A DNA stretch of 64,000 nt from an uncultured bacterium (GCA_903848795.1 CAINHC010000001.1:14915-78914), one strand, 5' to 3'. Numbered from the stretch's first letter, positions 18,737 to 28,983 are shown. Numbers and translations: made by a program. Notes: generated from the sequence alone by a model not told the origin.

Positions 18737-21700
18737 TTATTTTACAGGTCTAATAATAAACCTTACCTCTTGATCACCCACAGATACAGCTTCCCCTCCC
18801 TCAAAATCCTGAAGGATTAGACTTTCAGCCAGCACAGTTTTAGAAATCATCTTGGAATATTTTTCTATCAACATCTTTCCAACATTCGAATCTTCAATTT
18901 CCAAAATTATTTTGTCTTGTGGAGAAAAACCAAATGCTTTTCTAGCTTCTTGAACAGCTCTAATTAAATCTCTGGACATTCCCTCTTCTTTCAAATCTTC
19001 AGTTAATGCAGTATCAAGTATAATTTCATTTCCAATAGCAACACTTTTTACATTCAACTCGTCTTTTATAATTTCTTCCAAATCCTTACTCAATGACTTA
19101 CCTTCCTTGTTATTGTAGATGAAGGATGCTAAAGGTTGTCTAACCTTCAATTGAGACTTAGCACGAAGTGACAATCCAGCTTCAACCAAAGCTCTTGCTG
19201 ATTCCATATTCGAAAGTAGTATTTCCTCCTTTTCAGAAAGCGCACCCAAATCTGGCCATTTTTCTAAGTGAACACTTAGCATTCCGTTCTCTGTATTTGC
19301 GGATGCATTTATTTGGTCACAATCGACAACTTTAACTTTCTGATACAAGTCTTCAGCAGAAAATGGCACAGCTGGTGCTATCAATTTTGAAAAATTTAAC
19401 AAAACAGCACGGAGGGTGGATATAGCAAAATCTCTATCAACAACATTGTCACCCTTGAATCTATCTCTAGATCTTCTTAAGTACCAAGTAGATAAATCAT
19501 CAATGAACGAAGCAATTGGTCGAATCGCTTTAGAAATCATATAAGCATCCAAATCTCTGGTCATATCAGAATTCAACTTTTTCAATCTTGCCCAAATCCA
19601 TTGATCTAGAACATTTTCAGATTTAAGTGAACAGAAGCTGTGCACGGAATCCTCCCCAGACATCTCTGAATATGTTTTATAGAATGTATAAACATTATCC
19701 AATCTATTAAATATTTTTTTATTAATCTCGTCCAGTGACTTTTCAGAAAAAGAGACTTCCTCTGCAGTTACCGCAGGAGAAGTAACAAGGAAATATCGAA
19801 GTGAGTCTGCACCATACTTCTCAACCACCCCCATTAACTCTGGATAGTTATTCAAGCTCTTCGCCATCTTTCTTCCATCTTCCGCCAAAATCAAACCGTT
19901 TACAGAAACATTTTTGAATGGAGACTTACCAAACAAGCTCACTCCCAAACATAGTAGCGAATAAAACCAACCACGAGTCTGATCTAGTCCCTCAGCAATA
20001 AAGTCAGCTGGAAATAGTTTACTATCAGCCTTTTCAAACTCTTCTTTGTTTTCAAATGGATAGTGTTGTGAGGCAAACGGCATAGATCCAGAATCGTACC
20101 AAACATCAAAGACATCGGGGATTCTTCTCATGATTTCTCCGTCCTCATTTTTCCAAGTAATGGAATCAATTAGCGGTCTGTGAATATCTAACTCAAAGTT
20201 TTCAGTATGAGGCCATTGCACAAAATCAATATAGTGAAGTGAGCCATTTGGATCGGATGCATCGTGCCATCCACTTCTAATCATGTCTCGTGTCGTTCTT
20301 CCATTAGCAACCTCCTTCATCATTCTAATTGGCAAACCGTGGGCGACAATAAGAATGTTCTCATCCTTGTTTACTGAATCTATTTCATACAAACACTCAG
20401 CTACACGTCTTTTAACTTCAGCAACAGACTCGCCTCCTGCAGGTTTTGCAAAAATTCTCTGATCTTCTGTTTTAAAATCTGCCAACCTTTCATCCCAAGA
20501 ACGACCCTCCAACTCTCCTCCGTCACACTCCCTGAGGCGTACATCATAAATTATTTTTGATTCCTCCAACCCAAGAGCTTCTGCAATAATCTTTGCAGAC
20601 TCTTTTGTTCTTCTAAAATCAGAAGCGTAGATTTTTGTTATTGCACGATTATTGCCACTAGCTACGACGTTTTCAGATACCCCACTATTCTTTAATTTAT
20701 CCGCAGATTCCTTAATTTGCGTAATCCCCTTTTCAGTTAAACCATAGAGATTCAAATCATGGGAATTTATAATACCCCTTACATTTGACTCGGCCTCTCC
20801 ATGTCGCATCAGAACATATTTATTATTATTTGAACCCTGCCTAATCTTTTCTTTCAGCTCTGCAAAAGATCCGATTATTTCTGTCTTACCACTTTCAGAT
20901 TTCCACATTGGAACAGGAGCACCCCAATATCTGGTCCTTGAAATTGCCCAGTCTCTTATGTTTTCCAACCACTCACCAAAACGGCCAGAGCCGATTTCTT
21001 TTGGCACCCAGTTTATTTTATTATTTTCTGTGATCAATTCGTTTTTCAAAGACGTAGTCCTTACAAATAAACTTGTTGTTGCAAAGTTTATAAGCGGAGT
21101 CTCGCATCTCCAACAATGAGGATACGAGTGAATCATCTTTTCTTTTGCAAGAAGAACTCCCTTACCCGCCAAGATTTTTATTATTTCAACATCCGCACTT
21201 TGATGATCCTCTTTTGGCTTTGCTGGCTTACCCTTCATTTCAGTTATTAAATCAACAAAACATCCATCAAATCCAACGTGCTTAATGACAGGAAGATTAT
21301 TAGCCTTAGATAGCTTCATATCATCATCCCCATAAGCTGGCGCGATATGTACAATTCCAGTTCCGTCTTCCGCTGTGACAAAAGCAGCGTCGCAAACCTT
21401 CCAAATATTTTGTCTATTCTTTTCAGACGTTTCTAGTGTCCCCTCTTTTTTATAATAGTCAAAAACAGGCTCGTATGAAATACCAACCAAATCTTTTCCA
21501 AGTAGTGGCTTATTAAAGTCTATTAAAGGAAACACGACACAATCCTCAGGAATTACCTTTTTATTTTTTAAAGTTTCCAAAAGACTTTCTGCAAAGATAT
21601 AATTTTCTGCGCTAACTACGCCATCCGCGCCAGCTGGCGCCTTAACAGAAACACAAACGTAATTCAATTCTGGGTTCACTGCAAGAGCTACGTTTCCAGG

Positions 21701-22570
21701 GAGTGTCCATGGGGTTGTTGTCCAGGCTACAAAAGATGTTTTGGAACCTGCCGTCGAACCGTCACCTAGATTATAAAAAGATTTAATAACGCCAAGCGAG
21801 TCTTCCTTGATTTCAAATTTTACAAAGACTGAAATATCAGCAATGTCCTTATAGCCCTGTGCCACCTCAAAGTTTGAAAGTGGAGTTCCACAACGAGGGC
21901 AAATTTGCATCACTTTGTAGTCTTCGAATACCAAACCCTTTTTATTCAACTCACTAAATGACCACCAAACAGACTCTGTGTAACTTGAGTCCATTGTTCT
22001 GTAGTCATTGTCCATATCAGACCACCTACCAATTCTTTGCATTCTATCTTTCCACTCTCCTGTGTATTCCAAAACACTTTCTCTTGCAGCATTGTTAAAT
22101 TTATCAATACCGTATTCTTCAATAGCTTTCTTATCCTTCAAGCCAAGCTTTTTTTCTATCAAGTTTTCAATAGGTAGACCGTGACAATCCCACCCCCACT
22201 TTCTATCAACATGAAATCCACGCATGGTTTTATATCTCGGCATTAAATCCTTTAGGGAATTTGGCAAAATATGTCCGTAGTGAGGAAGACCTGTTGCATA
22301 AGGAGGTCCATCATAAAATACGAATTCCCCAAATGGTGCGTCCTTTTTAAGAGTTTGTTCAAAAATATGATTCTCATTCCAGAAAGCAAGTACGGCTTTT
22401 TCTTTTGTTGAAATTGCACTAACCGCAGTATCTGTGGTACCCGTAGCGTTTGTAATGTTTGCGGAATTTGTGACACCAGCTTTTTTATTAGTCTCAGACT
22501 TAGTTTGAACGGGTAGCCCTACCCCGTTTTGGCTTTTATCTTCGGCCAAATCATTTTGTTTTGAAGTCAT
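18737..22570 (-). CDS. ileS: isoleucyl-tRNA synthetase carrying an inserted histidine-phosphatase (PGM-like) domain and N-terminal low-complexity extension
   Basis: PPYATGLPHYGH (HIGH), CP1 region, WAISRTRYWGAPVP, DVWYDSGSMPF, KMAKS. Between aa ~583-782 (nt ~20225-20824) sits a ~200-aa segment beginning NKYVLMRHGEAESN, the RHG catalytic motif of histidine phosphatase branch 1. Single uninterrupted ORF of 1277 aa. Confidence 0.9.
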   Translation of the reverse strand: MTSKQNDLAEDKSQNGVGLPVQTKSETNKKAGVTNSANITNATGTTDTAVSAISTKEKAVLAFWNENHIFEQTLKKDAPFGEFVFYDGPPYATGLPHYGHILPNSLKDLMPRYKTMRGFHVDRKWGWDCHGLPIENLIEKKLGLKDKKAIEEYGIDKFNNAARESVLEYTGEWKDRMQRIGRWSDMDNDYRTMDSSYTESVWWSFSELNKKGLVFEDYKVMQICPRCGTPLSNFEVAQGYKDIADISVFVKFEIKEDSLGVIKSFYNLGDGSTAGSKTSFVAWTTTPWTLPGNVALAVNPELNYVCVSVKAPAGADGVVSAENYIFAESLLETLKNKKVIPEDCVVFPLIDFNKPLLGKDLVGISYEPVFDYYKKEGTLETSEKNRQNIWKVCDAAFVTAEDGTGIVHIAPAYGDDDMKLSKANNLPVIKHVGFDGCFVDLITEMKGKPAKPKEDHQSADVEIIKILAGKGVLLAKEKMIHSYPHCWRCETPLINFATTSLFVRTTSLKNELITENNKINWVPKEIGSGRFGEWLENIRDWAISRTRYWGAPVPMWKSESGKTEIIGSFAELKEKIRQGSNNNKYVLMRHGEAESNVRGIINSHDLNLYGLTEKGITQIKESADKLKNSGVSENVVASGNNRAITKIYASDFRRTKESAKIIAEALGLEESKIIYDVRLRECDGGELEGRSWDERLADFKTEDQRIFAKPAGGESVAEVKRRVAECLYEIDSVNKDENILIVAHGLPIRMMKEVANGRTTRDMIRSGWHDASDPNGSLHYIDFVQWPHTENFELDIHRPLIDSITWKNEDGEIMRRIPDVFDVWYDSGSMPFASQHYPFENKEEFEKADSKLFPADFIAEGLDQTRGWFYSLLCLGVSLFGKSPFKNVSVNGLILAEDGRKMAKSLNNYPELMGVVEKYGADSLRYFLVTSPAVTAEEVSFSEKSLDEINKKIFNRLDNVYTFYKTYSEMSGEDSVHSFCSLKSENVLDQWIWARLKKLNSDMTRDLDAYMISKAIRPIASFIDDLSTWYLRRSRDRFKGDNVVDRDFAISTLRAVLLNFSKLIAPAVPFSAEDLYQKVKVVDCDQINASANTENGMLSVHLEKWPDLGALSEKEEILLSNMESARALVEAGLSLRAKSQLKVRQPLASFIYNNKEGKSLSKDLEEIIKDELNVKSVAIGNEIILDTALTEDLKEEGMSRDLIRAVQEARKAFGFSPQDKIILEIEDSNVGKMLIEKYSKMISKTVLAESLILQDFEGGEAVSVGDQEVRFIIRPVK

Positions 22571-22613
22571 GGAAACATACTAGCATAAAAAATGAGTTTT
22601 GTTACCTGAGAGC

Positions 22614-22958
22614 TTACAAATGGTGGGCCTGCAAATATAAACAGATTTTGTTTTGGGCATCATGGATACTGCCGTTGATAGTTTTCCAGACCATTTTAAT
22701 ATCTATACTGAAATAGTCATGAGAAACTATATCTCTTAATCCCGTTATTTTCTTCCAAGGTATTTCAATTTCAGACAAAACGTCTTCCGGAATTCTTTTT
22801 GCTAATTCTCCAATTATTTGCAATTGCATAAGTACGGCGCTTTGAGTTTTTGAATCAATAGAAAATGAATCATAATCTAAACCTTCAATATATAGACCTA
22901 TTTTATTCATAGCCCCTAAAATAAGTTTTAAATAAGCTAGACTATCCTTGTTTTTCAT
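22614..22958 (-). CDS. hepT: HepT-like (DUF86) nucleotidyltransferase-substrate-binding toxin
   Basis: Rx4HxY motif (RDIVSHDY). ~114 aa. Overlaps the upstream MNT gene by 17 nt. Confidence 0.75.
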   Translation of the reverse strand: MKNKDSLAYLKLILGAMNKIGLYIEGLDYDSFSIDSKTQSAVLMQLQIIGELAKRIPEDVLSEIEIPWKKITGLRDIVSHDYFSIDIKMVWKTINGSIHDAQNKICLYLQAHHL

Positions 22959-23250
22959 CTTTATATAGAGGAATTAGATCTTTATAAATATAATCATGAA
23001 AATGAGAAATTACAGCGTCCTCGGACACCAAATCAACCTTTTTAGATAAAACCGCTTCTAATTTTTCTCTCAAATCAAAGAAATCTAATAGATCTATAGG
23101 TTTAGATATTTTAATCAAAATATCTACGTCACTTTCTGTATTATTATCTCCCCTAGCAAAACTACCAAACAAAGATGCACGCAAAACAAACTCCTGTTCC
23201 TTTAAGATTGGAGTGATTTTGTCTTTAATGTTTTGTATTTCATCTGTCAT
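22942..23250 (-). CDS. mntA: MntA-type minimal nucleotidyltransferase antitoxin
   Basis: LFGSFARGDNNTESDVDILI (GS…DxD NTase motif). Start moved to internal Met (MTDEIQNIK), because the first 20 codons of the ORF-track call are encoded by tandem direct repeats. Confidence 0.7.
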   Translation of the reverse strand: MTDEIQNIKDKITPILKEQEFVLRASLFGSFARGDNNTESDVDILIKISKPIDLLDFFDLREKLEAVLSKKVDLVSEDAVISHFHDYIYKDLIPLYKDEKQG

Positions 23251-23266
23251 GGTGAGATTATAGCAC

Positions 23267-23343
23267 CCGGTGGACGATTCTCCAAAATCGTCGTTTGGAC
23301 GATTCTCCAAAATCGCCCAGTAGGTGATTCACCAGAATCATCG
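23267..23343. repeat. tandem and palindromic GATTC-N-GAATC-type repeats upstream of mntA-hepT
   Basis: ggaCGATTCTCCAAAATCG occurs twice 26 bp apart, followed by GGTGATTCACCAGAATCA palindrome. Homologous ~100-bp block at 33229-33335. Confidence 0.6.
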
Positions 23344-25164
23344 TTACATCCTACTTGGCACCTTAATTCCCAAAACATTCAAACCATTAGTTAATACAGT
23401 CAGTACCGCCTTAGTTAGCAGAACCTTATATGGAGTCAAAATATCTCCCTCTACAACAATTTGAGTATTAGCATAAAAGGAATTAAATTCAGATGCGATG
23501 TCCAGCAAATATTGTCCAACATAATGGGGGGCATGTTCAGTCTCAGATCGCAAAAGGACCTCAGGGAATCTTACAAGCATCTTTTCTAACTTACCTCCCG
23601 CCCAATCTAGTTGGCAGATTTTTGGACTATTTGCATTATTCAAATCATTGTTCAAATCTCCTAGATTAATATCCTCCACGTTAATTGAAACACCCTGCTT
23701 CTTTGCTTTTTCTAATACAGATTTAGCACGCACACAAGAATATTGAAGGTATGGTCCCGAGTCACCCTCAAATGAAAGGGATTTTTGTGGATCAAATATT
23801 ATGTCCTTTCCAATTGTTTGTCTAAGTATCGTATATTTGATTGCCGCAACAGCGATTTGCTCTGCAATTTCCTTTCGCTCCCCAGCCCCAATCTCACGTT
23901 CTTTCATTTTTTCTAGTGCCAACTCAGTCATGTCATGCAGCATCGATTCCCCCGTAACAACATCTCCGGTTCTTGAAGACATCTTTCCTGTAGTCAGACG
24001 GAGCATTCCGTGTGATAGGTGAAAATTCTTCTTTGCAATTTCTGGATAAATTTGTTCAATGGCTTTATAAGAAACAGCCAAGACATTATCTTGTTCGTTA
24101 GCAGTAATTGTATAGGAAATATCGTATGGATCTTTATTGTATTTTAGAAGTGCCAAACCTACTTCCTTTGCCTCATAAGTCGGTAGACCAAATTTGTTTA
24201 TGAATACACGAGTGTTTAGTCCATAGTTTTCTCCCTTAAAGATAATAGCCCCTTCACTCTCTTCAAAAATCCCACTCTTTATTCCTTTCTGAACTTCCTC
24301 AAGCCCCACCACCGAGCTATCACTCTCAAAGAAATACTCGTTGAATTTAGTTCCAAGTACTTTGTAAATTTCCTCGAAGTGATCCATGCTCCATTTCTTT
24401 CCTAAATCATACAGAGCATTCATTTCGAAATCAGACTTATCATAAATCTTTTTATTTATTTCTTGAACAATAGCTTCATCCTCTGGATGATCCTTAAAAT
24501 GAGTTGCGCCTTTTGCGTATATTTTCCCCAAAAAGGCAACTTTATCGCTAAGTGACATTGAATCACTTGGCCACTCCATTCCCTCTTCCTTTTTTAGTAA
24601 ATCAAAACCGTAGAATGTAAAAGCAACATGCCTACCAACGTCCCCCTGATAGCAATATCTTTTAACATTTCCCCCAGACCACTCCCCAATTCTAGCCAAA
24701 GACTCACCGATTGCATTCGACATAAGATGCCCAATATGAAATTGTTTAAATGGGTTAGGGTCTGTATACTCGTAAATCATTTTCTTGCCATTGTGCAAGT
24801 TTGATTTTCCATAATTTTCTCCTCCTGACCCACCCTTAGTTTCATCCAATATTTCTTTTATCAATTCCAACGTAACCTCCTCCGTCATATAGAAGTTAAT
24901 GAATCCAGGACCCGCCACTTCAACTTTTTTAACACCACTCAATGAACCCCCAGAAATAAACACCTGAAGCTTTTCTAAAATTTGATTCGCTAACTCCACC
25001 GGCTTCACGCCAAGCTTTGGCGCCAATATCATAGCTACATTTGTCGAATAATCTCCATGAGATAAATCCCCCGGTCTGTCCAGTAGATTCTTTCCAGTCA
25101 AAAAATCGTCCTGCCCATGCTCTGAGACGGCCCCTAATATAGCTTCAATAATAACTTTATTCAT
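23344..25164 (-). CDS. argS: arginyl-tRNA synthetase
   Basis: 606 aa. HIGH-region (FHIGH-like LMSNAIGES…), ArgRS N-terminal add-1 domain, C-terminal DALR anticodon-binding domain ending in Met. Confidence 0.85.
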   Translation of the reverse strand: MNKVIIEAILGAVSEHGQDDFLTGKNLLDRPGDLSHGDYSTNVAMILAPKLGVKPVELANQILEKLQVFISGGSLSGVKKVEVAGPGFINFYMTEEVTLELIKEILDETKGGSGGENYGKSNLHNGKKMIYEYTDPNPFKQFHIGHLMSNAIGESLARIGEWSGGNVKRYCYQGDVGRHVAFTFYGFDLLKKEEGMEWPSDSMSLSDKVAFLGKIYAKGATHFKDHPEDEAIVQEINKKIYDKSDFEMNALYDLGKKWSMDHFEEIYKVLGTKFNEYFFESDSSVVGLEEVQKGIKSGIFEESEGAIIFKGENYGLNTRVFINKFGLPTYEAKEVGLALLKYNKDPYDISYTITANEQDNVLAVSYKAIEQIYPEIAKKNFHLSHGMLRLTTGKMSSRTGDVVTGESMLHDMTELALEKMKEREIGAGERKEIAEQIAVAAIKYTILRQTIGKDIIFDPQKSLSFEGDSGPYLQYSCVRAKSVLEKAKKQGVSINVEDINLGDLNNDLNNANSPKICQLDWAGGKLEKMLVRFPEVLLRSETEHAPHYVGQYLLDIASEFNSFYANTQIVVEGDILTPYKVLLTKAVLTVLTNGLNVLGIKVPSRM

Positions 25165-25331
25165 AGTGGTATATTATCATGCAATCGCAGAATCACAATA
25201 TCTATTTTGAAAAAATTTGACGATTCTGTTGAAAGTGCTATTATATATGAGTTCCCTTTATGGGGCTTTTAAGACCTGGTAAAACAGGCACGGTATAGTA
25301 ACGGCGAAAGCAAGCCAACTATACCGTCTAG

Positions 25332-25360
25332 AAAAAACCGTCTTGTACGGTTTTTTCTTT
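25332..25360. terminator. bidirectional terminator
   Basis: AAAAAACCGTcttgtACGGTTTTTT. Confidence 0.55.
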
Positions 25361-25411
25361 TGAATATTTTATAAATAGTGACGTATGATATTAGAAATAC
25401 TCACTTTTATT

Positions 25412-25798
25412 CTATAATCGATGAGCTTTTTTGACCGCATCTTTTACGGATGACAATAAATCGGGATCAATTTCTGGGGAACTCCTCAATCCTGTTTTAG
25501 AATCCCTAACGAGATATAGCCTCTCCAAACATACAACATTTATCATATCGCATTTTATCCAAGACTTTTTATTGTCTAGATGAATTGAACAAAACAGTGG
25601 ATCCATTTGTATGTGATAATCAAGCATTGGATCTGGCTTTGTTACACTTATTGGAACAACACTTATTAATTCTCTTGTTGTGCCTATGTTTTGAAATAAC
25701 AATCACAGGTCTTTTCTTGACCATTTCTGGCTCTATAAAACCTTCATAGTCACAATAGACTACCGACCCTGGTTTTGGTTGAAAATTTAACATTGCTC
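25412..25798 (-). pseudogene. frameshifted MazF/PemK-family toxin gene
   Basis: Frame A (from ~25798) encodes MLNFQPKPGSVVYCDYEGFIEPEMVKKRPVIVIS, a MazF N-terminus. Frame B (25412-25702) continues TTRELISVVPISVTKPD…CDMINVVCLERL, the MazF middle and C-terminal part. The frames join at an A4 run (tcaaaac, ~25690). No antitoxin ORF adjacent. Confidence 0.5.
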
Positions 25799-25938
25799 AC
25801 AATAATATTATATTTTTTATAAAACGTAAAATATAAAACAAAATCTAATCGTTTTATCACAAAGTATTGTTTCTAAATTATAGTACACAGCATTAGAACC
25901 TATTTATTTTAATCCATTGTTATATAATTTTTAAAAAA

Positions 25939-26277
25939 TTATTTTACATCAACAAACTTCCCGTTCTCAACCTTATACATTTCATACGCCGCCTCGGTTA
26001 GATCACCGTTTTTGTCAAAACCTATTGGACCGGTTGCACCCCTAAAATCTTTTAGGTCATAAAGATTATTTTTAAAACATTCGGAATCTGGTTTTTTACA
26101 TTTAGATAAGACACTTCCAATAGCCATGAGTGCATCATAAGATCTAGCGCCAACAGCCTGATTAATACTTGGGTAATCACTATAATACTTCTTGAAAGAA
26201 TCCTCAAACTTTTTAGCCTCTGTGGACAAAGAAGCACTCGGACCAAACAGGGGCGTGTTATTGTCGGCACACCTCAC
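25939..26277 (-). pseudogene. C-terminal fragment of a LivK/branched-chain amino-acid-type periplasmic binding protein
   Basis: 112-aa ORF with …FRGATGPIGFDKNGDL…YEMYKVENGKFV typical of the C-terminus of Peripla_BP_6 proteins. N-terminal ~250 aa absent and upstream region non-coding. Confidence 0.4.
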
Positions 26278-26495
26278 GGTTTGGTATCACAGCAAAAGAC
26301 TGGAGAGATACAAACCCGAAACTTGAAGGTAACATCAGAGACTATGCAAACGTTGTGTAAATACTTTCTCTTGCTTATAGGGGTTATTTCATCATTTGCA
26401 CGGCTCAAAATAAGCTTATGGTAGGTTATACAGCGATATTGTAGTATGACACTACAATACTTGCGTCACATTTGTTTATTTGATATACTAAATAC

Positions 26496-27620
26496 ATGTA
26501 TATAAACAGATTTCCAAAAATTGAAGATAAAATAGAGGCCGGCAAAGTGCTAGTTATTTATGGTGCCAGACAAGTAGGTAAATCTTCTCTTGTAAAACAT
26601 TACCTAGGTGGATTAGATGAAAAATACCTATTTTTCAACGGAGAAGACGTAAATGTTCAATCCATCTTTTCCTCTATGAATCTCAAGACACTAAACGAAG
26701 CTATTGGGAACACCAACCTGATCATCTTGGATGAAGCTCAAGTTATACCTAATGTTGGCACATCTCTTAAACTTCTAGTTGATACACACCCAAACCTAAA
26801 AGTAATTGCGACCGGATCTTCATCTTTTGAACTTTCAGGTCAAATTGGAGAACCCCTTGTTGGCAGAATGAATGTCATCACCCTATTCCCTTTTTGGGAA
26901 AAGGAGGTTGCAGAATCTCATTTAAATGATTTTATAGATAACATGGACTTCGCCTTACGCTTTGGTAGATACCCTGCAGTTGTAAAAACACAAATTATTG
27001 ATGAAAAAAAAGAAATCCTAACTAACATAGTCAATGGATATTTGCTCAAAGATATATTAGCCTTTGAAAGGGTTAAAAACTCCAAATTGATTTTAGATTT
27101 GCTCAAACTTCTCGCTTATCAAGTGGGAAGCGAGGTTTCTATTCACGAGATTGCCACCAGATTATCCATAGCGAGGGATACTGTAAATAGATTGCTTAAT
27201 TTGCTAGAACAAAACTTTATTATATTTTCCCTACGTTCTTATGCAAAAAACTTAAGAAATGAGATACGGAAGAAAGAAAAATACTATTTTTACGATCTTG
27301 GAATAAGAAATACTTTAATAGAGAATTTCAACGAGATAAGCACCAGAAATGATATGGGTGCCTTGTGGGAAAATTTCTTAATAGTAGAAAGGATTAAGAG
27401 AAATAAATATATAGAACCATATAAATCAATATATTTCTGGAGAAAATCTACTGGAGCAGAGGTTGATTTTATAGAAATATATAACGACACGATCAGCGGT
27501 TATGAATTCTCCATTAAAGAAAAGAGAAATAACAAATCCAAACAGTCCTGGGTCAATGACTACCCTAAATCTACATGGAAAAATATAAATATGGAAAACT
27601 ATAACGAGTTTATTATCTAA
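26496..27620 (+). CDS. AAA+ ATPase (AAA_14 / DUF4143 family), paralog of 9783-10931
   Basis: Walker A YGARQVGKSSLVKH. Same domain layout as the other copy. Confidence 0.65.
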   Translation: MYINRFPKIEDKIEAGKVLVIYGARQVGKSSLVKHYLGGLDEKYLFFNGEDVNVQSIFSSMNLKTLNEAIGNTNLIILDEAQVIPNVGTSLKLLVDTHPNLKVIATGSSSFELSGQIGEPLVGRMNVITLFPFWEKEVAESHLNDFIDNMDFALRFGRYPAVVKTQIIDEKKEILTNIVNGYLLKDILAFERVKNSKLILDLLKLLAYQVGSEVSIHEIATRLSIARDTVNRLLNLLEQNFIIFSLRSYAKNLRNEIRKKEKYYFYDLGIRNTLIENFNEISTRNDMGALWENFLIVERIKRNKYIEPYKSIYFWRKSTGAEVDFIEIYNDTISGYEFSIKEKRNNKSKQSWVNDYPKSTWKNINMENYNEFII

Positions 27621-27717
27621 ACCTACAAAACCTCACGGTTTTGTCCATGAGGTTTTGTTATGAGACCTTTACAGGCTCGATCAGGCTCGATTCCGAGTCC
27701 TATATAGAATAGGAAGA

Positions 27718-28143
27718 TTATGCTACAACGTCAATTCCCAAAGAAGCACATGTTCCCTCTATCATCTTCATGGCTCCTTCTATATCCTTTGAGTTCAGGT
27801 CAGGCATCTTTCTCTCTGCGATTGCCTTAACTTGAGCTTTTGTAATCTTTCCAACTTTCTTTGTATTTGGGTGACCTGATCCCTTCTCAACTCCAATTGC
27901 CTTTAGAACAAGAGAAGCTGCGGGAGGAGTCTTAAGAACAAAATCAAAAGTTCTATCCTCAAAAACTGAGATTACAACAGGAATAATGTCGCCTACCATA
28001 GTAGCTGTTGCATCGTTGAATCTTTTTACGAATTCACCAATGTTAACACCAGCTTGACCAAGTGCAGGACCTACCGGTGGAGCAGGATTTGCCTTTCCAG
28101 CAGGAATTTGTAATTTTAATGATTTGATTATTTTTTTTGCCAT
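27718..28143 (-). CDS. rplK: 50S ribosomal protein L11
   Basis: [35 protein letters not shown]…, highly conserved L11 N-terminus. No rplA follows. Confidence 0.9.
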   Translation of the reverse strand: MAKKIIKSLKLQIPAGKANPAPPVGPALGQAGVNIGEFVKRFNDATATMVGDIIPVVISVFEDRTFDFVLKTPPAASLVLKAIGVEKGSGHPNTKKVGKITKAQVKAIAERKMPDLNSKDIEGAMKMIEGTCASLGIDVVA

Positions 28144-28231
28144 AAATATATATTAATTGTTTTTCTTTATTTATGGCCACAAGACGCGAGAGAAGCGCAG
28201 GCGTATCTGGCCAAAGTTCTTATAAAATACC

Positions 28232-28774
28232 TTAAATTGTCTTAACTTGCAAGAAGTCCAGCTCAACAGGTGTCTCACGACCGAACATTGATACAAGGAC
28301 CCTAACCTTTCCTCTATCTGTATCAACCTCTGAAACCTTGCCTTCTAGGTCCTTAAATGGGCCGTCAGCCACCTTAACAAGGTCTCCGATGTTTAGATTA
28401 ATGGTGTGTTTTATGTTATCACTAGACATTCTTCTGAATAATTCCTCAACCTCCTTCTTCTCAAGAGGAACAGGAGTTGTACCAGAACCTACGAATCCAG
28501 TAACTCTAGGTGTATTTCTAACCATATACCACGTATCATCGTTCACGATCATATCCACCAAGATATATCCTGGGTAAATTTTTTCATCCTCCTCTATTCT
28601 TTTACTTCCCTTTATCTTAATCTTCTTTTCTGTTGGAACAATTACATTGAATATACGATCGTCCATACACAATGACTCAATACGCTGTTTGAGGTTTCTC
28701 ATAACGGCGTTTTCATATCCAGCGTATGTGTGAATTGCATACCAATTCCTCTCTCCTTGTTCTTGTTTTGACAT
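28232..28774 (-). CDS. nusG: transcription termination/antitermination factor NusG
   Basis: NGN domain (WYAIHTYAGYEN) and C-terminal KOW (GDLVKVADGPFKDLEGKVSEV). Confidence 0.9.
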   Translation of the reverse strand: MSKQEQGERNWYAIHTYAGYENAVMRNLKQRIESLCMDDRIFNVIVPTEKKIKIKGSKRIEEDEKIYPGYILVDMIVNDDTWYMVRNTPRVTGFVGSGTTPVPLEKKEVEELFRRMSSDNIKHTINLNIGDLVKVADGPFKDLEGKVSEVDTDRGKVRVLVSMFGRETPVELDFLQVKTI

Positions 28775-28794
28775 GGTTATTTAAAAATTAGCTT

Positions 28795-28983
28795 TTAAAA
28801 TGAACGTAATATAAAGCTTTTGAACAAGCCTGTAAAAACGGTATCAAGACCAGAAACATACAAAGCAACAACCAACGAAACAACAATAACTAGTGTTGTG
28901 TAAACAATAGTCTGCTTTCTTGTTGGCCAGCTTACATGTTTCATTTCTGATGTTGTCTCACTTATATATTGTTTTATTGACAT
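28795..28983 (-). CDS. secE: preprotein translocase subunit SecE
   Basis: 62 aa with KHVSWPTRKQT motif plus single TM. Directly upstream of nusG. Confidence 0.7.
   Translation of the reverse strand: MSIKQYISETTSEMKHVSWPTRKQTIVYTTLVIVVSLVVALYVSGLDTVFTGLFKSFILRSF

Noticed and set aside
23251-23310. N-terminal 20 codons of the ORF-track MntA call
   Set aside because: They are encoded by the two 26-bp direct repeats (RPNDDFGES repeated). This is more plausibly an operator region, so the start was moved to Met21.
23267-23316. Possible CRISPR array
   Set aside because: Only two repeat units, with no unique spacers of regular length and no cas genes nearby. They belong to the dispersed palindrome family instead.
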